Source: an uncultured Rhodospirillaceae bacterium (lineage in GTDB: Bacteria; Pseudomonadota; Alphaproteobacteria; Micavibrionales; UBA2020). From it: a stretch of 64,000 nucleotides of DNA. Positions within the stretch are counted from its first letter, which is position 1. Each line of letters begins with the position of its first letter. This document shows, piece by piece, positions 57,970 to 64,000 of this stretch. The notes under the pieces were generated by a model that did not search any database, was not told the origin of the DNA, and was given only the letters and a program-made list of their open reading frames with translations. A program made the translations under genes and the position numbers. The stretch spans positions 81,493-145,492 of the forward strand of contig CAYWIT010000004.1 of assembly GCA_964458415.1 (NCBI GenBank). The letters are read 5' to 3'.

Positions 57970-59130
57970 TTATTTCTGCTGCAACTTGCCGGGTTCAATC
58001 GGCAAATAGGGCAGCACCGGAGCCGCCTTGCCGTCGCCCAGAACGATTTTGCGGCTGCTGCGCAGGATATCCTGCATGGTTTCGATGTAAATGCGCTCGC
58101 GCGTCACATCTTTTGACTGGGCATAGGCCTTATAAACGGAGAGGAAGCGTCCGGCTTCGCCTTCTGCCTTGGTGATCACGGCGGCTTTATAGGCCTCGGC
58201 TTCCTGCATTTTTTTCTGGGCCTCGCCGCGCGATTTCGGCACGATGTCATTGCGGTAGGTCTCGGCCTCGTTTTTCATTCTTTCCAGATCCGTGCGGGCG
58301 CGCTGGACATCGTCGAAGGCGTCAACGACGGGCGGCGGCGGGTTTACCTGTTGCAGCTGCACGCTGTTGACGGCAATGCCTGCGTTGTATTCATCGAGAA
58401 TTGCCTGCATCAGCTCTTTGGTCTTGATTTCGATATCGCTGCGGCCTTCGGTCAGGGCTTTTTGGATTTCCGTCCGGCCGATAATTTCGCGCATGGCGCT
58501 TTCCGCTACTTTTTTAATGGTGGATTCAGGATCGCGGATTTCGAAGAGGTATTTTTTGGCATCGTTAATATGCCAAGGCACGACGAAGTTGATATTCACG
58601 ATGTTTTCGTCACCGGTCAGCATCAGGCTTTCGAACGGGATGTCGCTGGTGCCGGCCGCTTTGCTCCGTGTGGCCAGTTCTTCACGATAGCCGATCACAA
58701 CACGCCGTTCCTGTGCCACGTCCACTTTGCGGACCTCCTGCACCGGCCAGGGAATATGATAGCCCAGACCGGATTCGCCGCGTGTGCTGGTCCACTTTCC
58801 GAAGGTCATGATGACGGCGTTTTCCTCCGGTTCAACCCGATAAAATCCGGTGGCGAGCCAGAGCATGACAAGAATTAAAAAGATCGCGCCGAAGCCGAGG
58901 GAGGGAAAGCCTTTTGCGGAGGGCGGTTTGCGTCCGCCGAAAACATTTTTAAAACGATCCTGCGCATCGCGGATGACCGCCTCAAGATCCGGCGGCAGAT
59001 CTTTTCCGCCGCCTGAACCGCCGCCCTGCGGCCGTTGCCCCCAGGGGTTTTCATCCCCGCCGCGCCCGCCCCACGGGCCGTTTCCAGAACTGTTCTCAAG
59101 GATCATACCGATTACTTTTTTAATAGACAT
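57970..59130 (-). CDS. hflK: protease modulator HflK
   Basis: Gly-rich N-terminus (GPWGGRGGDENPWGQRPQGGGSGGG), TM segment, and SPFH domain. Start uncertain: ATG 59130 chosen, GTG 59139 and ATG 59106 are possible. Confidence 0.9.
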   Translation of the reverse strand: MSIKKVIGMILENSSGNGPWGGRGGDENPWGQRPQGGGSGGGKDLPPDLEAVIRDAQDRFKNVFGGRKPPSAKGFPSLGFGAIFLILVMLWLATGFYRVEPEENAVIMTFGKWTSTRGESGLGYHIPWPVQEVRKVDVAQERRVVIGYREELATRSKAAGTSDIPFESLMLTGDENIVNINFVVPWHINDAKKYLFEIRDPESTIKKVAESAMREIIGRTEIQKALTEGRSDIEIKTKELMQAILDEYNAGIAVNSVQLQQVNPPPPVVDAFDDVQRARTDLERMKNEAETYRNDIVPKSRGEAQKKMQEAEAYKAAVITKAEGEAGRFLSVYKAYAQSKDVTRERIYIETMQDILRSSRKIVLGDGKAAPVLPYLPIEPGKLQQK

Positions 59131-59166
59131 CCCGTCCACCCTTATTATGACACTTTATGTTCTGTC

Positions 59167-59189
59167 CCTATCTCAAGCCATGAGATAGG
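59167..59189. repeat. perfect 9-bp inverted repeat CCTATCTCA-agcca-TGAGATAGG upstream of hflK
   Basis: Read directly. Lies about 37 nt upstream of the hflK start, on the divergent side from mrp. Confidence 0.9.
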
Positions 59190-59265
59190 CCGGAAACGAA
59201 CGCCCTCCAGAACAGCACGTTTAAAAAAAGGCTGCAAGGTTTTTAGAGAAGGAAAAGAGGAGGTG

Positions 59266-59293
59266 TTGACGCCCCACGCAATTATGGTATTAT
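59266..59293 (+). promoter_or_regulatory. candidate sigma70-type promoter for mrp/apbC (TTGACG-N16-TATTAT)
   Basis: Hexamers at 59266-59271 and 59288-59293, about 65 nt upstream of ATG 59360. Confidence 0.35.
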
Positions 59294-59359
59294 GCGCGGC
59301 AACTCGCTTTCCAGCGCTGCTGCGGTATTGAAACAAGACGAGACCGCAAGGAGATTTTT

Positions 59360-60547
59360 ATGTCCATAGGTAACCACCAACGGGATTTGGTAACAGAAGA
59401 AAAAATTCGTGGTGCGTTGTCGGCGGTGCTTGAGCCGGCAAGCGGCAAGGATATTGTCAGTCTGGGACTGGTCACCGGTATTTCAATTTCCGGCGACAGC
59501 GTTTATTGCGAAATGACGGTCGATCCGCGCGCCGGAAAAACGCTGGAATCTTTGCGGCAGGCGGCGGAGCGCGCTGTTGCGGCGCTGCCGGGGGTTGCTG
59601 CGGCCGCAGTCATCCTGACGGCGGAGCGGAAGGCGAAGGCGGTCAATGGCGCCGGTGCCGCAACTCAAATCAATGGCGCCGGTGCCGCGCCGGGGAAACT
59701 ACAGATCAAGGCGCCGCCGCAGAAGCAGGGCGGCGGTCATGCCATCTCCAGTCGTCCGGTCGCGCCGCAGGTGCGGCAGATTATTGCCGTGGCTTCGGGC
59801 AAGGGGGGGGTCGGGAAATCCACGGTCGCCGCCAATCTGGCGCTGTCTTTTGCGGCGCTGGGCAAAAAAACCGGATTGCTGGATGCGGATATTTACGGAT
59901 CGTCCCAGCCGCGCATGATGGGCTTGCGCAAAAAGCCGGAGATGAATGCGCAGGAAATGATTATCCCGCCCGAGGCGCACGGGGTGAAAGTCATGTCGAT
60001 GGGATTTTTTGTCGCCGATGCCGCACCGGTCATCTGGCGCGGGCCGATGGTGCATAGCGCGATTCAGCAATTGCTGCGGGACGTGGATTGGGGCGCGCTT
60101 GATATCCTGGTGATCGACCTGCCGCCCGGGACCGGCGATGCGCAGCTGAGTCTGGCGCAGAATGTGCCGCTGGCGGGGGCGGTGATCGTTTCAACGCCGC
60201 AGGACGTGGCGTTATCCGAGGCAAAAAAGGCCATCGCCATGTTTGAAAAAACCGGCGTTCCTGTTCTGGGGCTGGTCGAAAACATGAGCTATTACGTTTG
60301 TCCGGCCTGCGGCCATCGTGACGAGATTTTCAGCCATGGCGGCGCGCGCCATGCGGCTATGACGGCAGACATTGATTTTCTGGGTGAGATTCCGCTGGAG
60401 ATCGCGGTGCGCGAGAATGCGGATGCCGGAGTACCGCTGGTGAAAGCGGCGCCGTTTCATCCCGTTGCTGAAGCGTTTCGCAATATTGCAGCGCGGATCT
60501 GGATGAAGCTGCCGGAAGCGGCAGCACGGCGCTCTATGCCGTCATGA
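59360..60547 (+). CDS. apbC: Fe-S cluster carrier ATPase Mrp/ApbC (N-terminal DUF59 domain)
   Basis: 395 aa. ASGKGGVGKST deviant Walker A, the CPACGH CxxC motif, an N-terminal DUF59-like domain, and an Ala/Gly-rich linker. Confidence 0.9.
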   Translation: MSIGNHQRDLVTEEKIRGALSAVLEPASGKDIVSLGLVTGISISGDSVYCEMTVDPRAGKTLESLRQAAERAVAALPGVAAAAVILTAERKAKAVNGAGAATQINGAGAAPGKLQIKAPPQKQGGGHAISSRPVAPQVRQIIAVASGKGGVGKSTVAANLALSFAALGKKTGLLDADIYGSSQPRMMGLRKKPEMNAQEMIIPPEAHGVKVMSMGFFVADAAPVIWRGPMVHSAIQQLLRDVDWGALDILVIDLPPGTGDAQLSLAQNVPLAGAVIVSTPQDVALSEAKKAIAMFEKTGVPVLGLVENMSYYVCPACGHRDEIFSHGGARHAAMTADIDFLGEIPLEIAVRENADAGVPLVKAAPFHPVAEAFRNIAARIWMKLPEAAARRSMPS

Positions 60548-60851
60548 AGATCTTGCGGGCTTCCTGCAGGCAGAGATTGAATTCGTTTTCCAGATGATGC
60601 TCGGAAAGATCCATGCCCTTGGCGGCGAAATCCTTTTTGACTTTACGCAGCACATCGTTGATGCCGGGCTCGGCGAAATCTGAATCGATGACTTCATCGG
60701 CGTAGGCATCGGCATCGGCACCGGAAAGACCCAGCTGCTTTGCCGCCCAGAGGCCGAACAGGTGCACGGCTTTGGCATTGACCTTGAAGCGCAGCTCTTC
60801 GTCCATTTTGAATTTGTTTTCGAAGGCCTGTTCTCTCTCATTGAAGCTCAT
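60534..60851 (-). CDS. DUF1476 protein (F1-ATPase inhibitor zeta-subunit-like)
   Basis: ATG 60851 (MSFNEREQAFENKFKMDEELRFKV...) is a typical alphaproteobacterial DUF1476 start. Convergent 14-nt overlap with mrp. Confidence 0.75.
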   Translation of the reverse strand: MSFNEREQAFENKFKMDEELRFKVNAKAVHLFGLWAAKQLGLSGADADAYADEVIDSDFAEPGINDVLRKVKKDFAAKGMDLSEHHLENEFNLCLQEARKIFMTA

Positions 60852-60966
60852 GGTCTCACCCTGTTTTATAGACGTTGCATATCTTCTAAGAGATAATCGA
60901 AAATGAACGAAAAACAAGAAAAAAAGGCCGCTGCCACCGTTTGACAGAATTCCGCCGCCCCTTAAG

Positions 60967-61725
60967 TCAGGGCATGAATTGTTCCTTGATCATGCGTTCG
61001 TCAAGATTCATTTCCGGATCGAAGAGCAATGTCGCTTCAAGTTCCGTATCTTGCCAGACTTCGACCTTTTCAACGTCGCGGATTTCGGTGAAGTCGGCGA
61101 CGGCGCTGACGGGACGGTTATGGGCTTCCAGCACTTCGAAGAGCAGGTGGCTGGATTGCGGCAAGAGCGCCCCGCGCCAGCGCCGCGGGCGAAAGGCGCT
61201 GATGGGGGTCAGCGCAAGGATGCCGGCGCTCAAGGGGATAATTGGCCCGTGGGCGGAAAGGTTATAGGCGGTGCTGCCCGCCGGGGTCGCGACAATGACG
61301 CCATCGCAGATGAGTTCATCCAGCCGCGGTCTGCCGTCAATGATGATTTTCAGCTTTGCGGCCTGCCGCGTTTCACGGAGCAGGGAAACTTCGTTGATGG
61401 CCAGCGCATCAAGGGATTCTCCGGAAACAGTGCCGACTTTCATGCGCAGGGGGTTCAGATGCACGGTCTGGGCCTGGGCCAGACGCTCTATCAATCCTTC
61501 TTCGCGGAAGTCGTTGAGCAGGAAGCCGACCGAGCCGCGGTTCATCCCGAAAACCGGTTTCCTGTGGGCAATGCCGTCATGCAGGGCGCGCAGCATCGAT
61601 CCGTCGCCGCCCAGCGCCACCACGATATCCGCATCCGGCAAGGCGTGGTCGCCATAGCGTGTGACAAGGTTTTGCCGTGCGATCTGCGCCTGATGCGTAT
61701 CGGCGGCGGTGAAATGAACCTTCAT
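60967..61725 (-). CDS. nadK: NAD kinase
   Basis: 252 aa. [14 protein letters not shown] and [13 protein letters not shown] motifs. Confidence 0.9.
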   Translation of the reverse strand: MKVHFTAADTHQAQIARQNLVTRYGDHALPDADIVVALGGDGSMLRALHDGIAHRKPVFGMNRGSVGFLLNDFREEGLIERLAQAQTVHLNPLRMKVGTVSGESLDALAINEVSLLRETRQAAKLKIIIDGRPRLDELICDGVIVATPAGSTAYNLSAHGPIIPLSAGILALTPISAFRPRRWRGALLPQSSHLLFEVLEAHNRPVSAVADFTEIRDVEKVEVWQDTELEATLLFDPEMNLDERMIKEQFMP

Positions 61726-61727
61726 TT

Positions 61728-62570
61728 TTATACCTTGCGGATTTTGATTTGTTCCGGATGAAAAAAGGCGGAGTGCTTCTCGATGTCGAAGGCATGGTTG
61801 ATCGGTCCGCGCCCGTAGCCGTAGCCCGGCGCATGCAGGATCGCCTGATGCAAAAAGTCGAGCCCGCGTTCGATGGCCGGGTAGATCCCGAGCCCTTGTC
61901 CGAGGCTGACGGCGATGGCGGAGGCGATTGTACAGCCGGCCCCCAGCGTATGTGTCGTTTCCACGTGGGGTTTTTCGTAGATACGCTCACCATCGGCCGT
62001 TGCGATGAGGTAGAGGTCCTTTTCGCTGAAAACCTGTCCGGCCTTGACGATGACCGTCTCGGCACCCAGTGTGCGCATCATGTCGGTGGCGTGCTTCATG
62101 TCGTCGACATCGCGGATTGTCATGCCGGTCAGGATTTCTGCTTCCCGCAAGTTGGGGGTCAGGACCGTAGCGCGGATGAACAGGCGGCGCTTGAGCGTCG
62201 CCAGCGCCGTTTCATCCATCAGGATCTCTCCGGTCTGGGAAATTATCGCCGGGTCGATGACAACCGGATAGTTGAACGGCAAATACTCATCGAGGACGTC
62301 GCCAACGGCGTCGATGATCAGGTGGTGGCCAAGGATGCCGGTCTTGATGGCATCGGTGCCGATGTCTTCCAGCACGGTGCGCATCTGTGCGCTGACCAGC
62401 GCGGGCTCCAGCGTTTGAAAACAGGTGATGGCCTTGGTGTTTTGTGCGGTCACACCCGTCAGCGCCGTTGTGGCGTAGCCGCCCAGCGCCAGAATTGTTT
62501 TGGTGTCGGCCTGAATGCCGCCGCCGCCGCTTGAATCCGATTCCGCAATGGATAATACCCGTCCGCTCAT
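61728..62570 (-). CDS. thiD: hydroxymethylpyrimidine/phosphomethylpyrimidine kinase
   Basis: 280 aa. [28 protein letters not shown], and TLGAGCT. Confidence 0.85.
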   Translation of the reverse strand: MSGRVLSIAESDSSGGGGIQADTKTILALGGYATTALTGVTAQNTKAITCFQTLEPALVSAQMRTVLEDIGTDAIKTGILGHHLIIDAVGDVLDEYLPFNYPVVIDPAIISQTGEILMDETALATLKRRLFIRATVLTPNLREAEILTGMTIRDVDDMKHATDMMRTLGAETVIVKAGQVFSEKDLYLIATADGERIYEKPHVETTHTLGAGCTIASAIAVSLGQGLGIYPAIERGLDFLHQAILHAPGYGYGRGPINHAFDIEKHSAFFHPEQIKIRKV

Positions 62571-62585
62571 TTTTTTCCTTTATTC

Positions 62586-63959
62586 TTATGCCGTCAGTTT
62601 GACGTCTGTATCATCGCTGCCGATTTTCTCAATTCTTGCGCAGAGTTCCTGCACGACATCGCTGACCAGCCGGGCATCGTCGCCCTCGGCCATGACGCGG
62701 ATCAGCGGCTCGGTTCCGGATTTTCTGACCAGCAGGCGGCCGGAGGCACCCAGTTTGGCCTCGGCTTGACGGAGGGCGCATTGTATTTCTTCGTCTTCAA
62801 GCGTTACGGCGGTTTTATAACGCACGTTTTGCAGCATTTGTGGCACGGTATTGAAAACGCGGCAGACCGCGCTGGCCGGACGCTTGGCTTCGGCAAGAGC
62901 GGCCAGAACCTGCAGGGCGGCAACCAGCCCGTCGCCCGTTGTCGCGTGATCCCCCAGAATGATGTGACCGGATTGCTCGCCGCCAAGGTTGCAACCGCTG
63001 GCCCGCATTCTTTCCACGACATAGCGGTCGCCAACCGGGGTACGGTCGAGGGGGATGTCCAGTTCTTTTAAAAACCGTTCCAGTCCCAGATTGGACATGA
63101 CAGTAGAAATAATAGCGCCCCCTGTCAGTTGGCCGGATTGCTGCCAGTTGCGCGCAATCAGCGCCATGATCTGATCGCCGTCAAGGATTTCCCCGTTTTC
63201 ATCGCAGAGGATCAGCCTGTCCGCGTCGCCATCGAGGGCAATGCCCAGATCGGCGTGCTGGCGCACGACCATTTCCTGCAGGGCCGCGGTATCCGTGGCG
63301 CCGCAGTTTTTATTGATGTTGGTGCCGTCGGGGGAAACGCCGATGGCCACGACTTCGGCGCCAAGTTCATAGAGAATGCGCGGGGCGACCTTGTAGGCGG
63401 CGCCGTTGGCGCAATCGACAACGATTTTCAGTCCGTCAAGGCGGAGCTTTTTGGGAAAGGTGTTCTTGACGTATTCGATATAGCGGCCGCTGGCATCGTC
63501 AAGGCGGCTGGCGCGGCCAAGTGCGGCGGCCGGCGCGAGGCTGCTGGCGAGGCTGCCCTGAACCAGTTTTTCAATGGCGGCCTCTGTTTCATCAGAAAGT
63601 TTATAGCCGTCGGCGCCGAAAAGCTTGATGCCGTTATCCTGATAGGGGTTATGCGAGGCGGAGATCATGACGCCGAGATCCGCGCGCAGCGAGCGGGTCA
63701 GCATCGCGACTGCCGGTGTCGGCAGCGGCCCCACCAGAATAACGTCCATGCCCATGGCGATAAAACCCGCGGTCATCGCCGGTTCCAGCAGATAGCCGGA
63801 GAGCCGCGTGTCCTTGCCGATCACGACTTTATGCCGGTGCTCGCCGCGCTTGAGTTGCACGGCGGTGGCCATGGCGACCTTCAGCGCCGTTTCCGCCGTC
63901 ATGGGCTCGACATTCGCCAGACCGCGAATACCGTCGGTGCCGAAAAATTTTCTTGTCAT
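62586..63959 (-). CDS. glmM: phosphoglucosamine mutase
   Basis: ATG 63959 ([13 protein letters not shown]...). SASHNP phosphoserine motif and DGDADR metal site. Confidence 0.95.
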   Translation of the reverse strand: MTRKFFGTDGIRGLANVEPMTAETALKVAMATAVQLKRGEHRHKVVIGKDTRLSGYLLEPAMTAGFIAMGMDVILVGPLPTPAVAMLTRSLRADLGVMISASHNPYQDNGIKLFGADGYKLSDETEAAIEKLVQGSLASSLAPAAALGRASRLDDASGRYIEYVKNTFPKKLRLDGLKIVVDCANGAAYKVAPRILYELGAEVVAIGVSPDGTNINKNCGATDTAALQEMVVRQHADLGIALDGDADRLILCDENGEILDGDQIMALIARNWQQSGQLTGGAIISTVMSNLGLERFLKELDIPLDRTPVGDRYVVERMRASGCNLGGEQSGHIILGDHATTGDGLVAALQVLAALAEAKRPASAVCRVFNTVPQMLQNVRYKTAVTLEDEEIQCALRQAEAKLGASGRLLVRKSGTEPLIRVMAEGDDARLVSDVVQELCARIEKIGSDDTDVKLTA

Positions 63960-64000
63960 AGTTTTATATTCCTCTTTCATTCCAGAGTAATGGCAGCCTT

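Overview
GC-rich, very gene-dense chromosomal segment with about 65 protein-coding genes and many 4-14 nt start/stop overlaps. I found no rRNA or tRNA genes, no CRISPR array, and no transposase, integrase or phage genes. Gene content and synteny read as alphaproteobacterial core genome: 5-aminolevulinate synthase hemA, a Tim44-like protein next to secB, a DUF1476/ATPase-zeta-like protein, rpsT-dnaA, aroE-coaE-dnaQ, and hflKC-DUF2065-degP. Gene order, first part: an edge-truncated unknown ORF; waaA-lpxK-lipid A acyltransferase; three tandem thioredoxins; fabG-fabD; dnaQ-coaE-aroE-PDRP; ferredoxin-NADP reductase / membrane protein / 2Fe-2S ferredoxin; pheST; a lapA-like gene, ihfB, hsp20; nadABC; a DinG-family helicase; a GNAT; lysS. 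Next comes a CusCBA-type Cu/Ag efflux operon headed by a Met/His/Cys-rich small secreted protein. Then: rpsF-rpsR-rplI; dnaB-alr; mlaEF; PBP1A; a TerB-like gene; a DsbD/ScsB-like reductase; dnaA; rpsT; enoyl-CoA hydratase; mutM; secB; fxsA; Tim44-like; mltA; FkbM methyltransferase; ribokinase; hemA; miaA; degP; hflKC; mrp/apbC; nadK; thiD; glmM. Bottom line: I do not see a convincing novel multi-gene system here. There is no defence-island, secretion-system or mobile-element signature, and almost every ORF has a housekeeping identity. Five things are most worth a second look. (1) The unconventional front end of the cus-like operon: a 19-bp-spacer promoter with a dyad, a possibly leaderless start, and a non-CusF Met/His/Cys-rich protein. 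(2) The unclassifiable low-complexity ORF running off the left edge, plus an adjacent small ORF split by an A9 tract. (3) A paired palindromic operator overlapping the nadABC promoter. (4) The dnaA/rpsT regulatory region, with two perfect DnaA boxes, a 20-bp perfect palindrome and duplicated GANTC-containing 9-mers. (5) The triple thioredoxin cluster and the FNR-membrane protein-ferredoxin trio. All functional calls come from reading the translated ORFs against remembered family signatures; no database search was possible.
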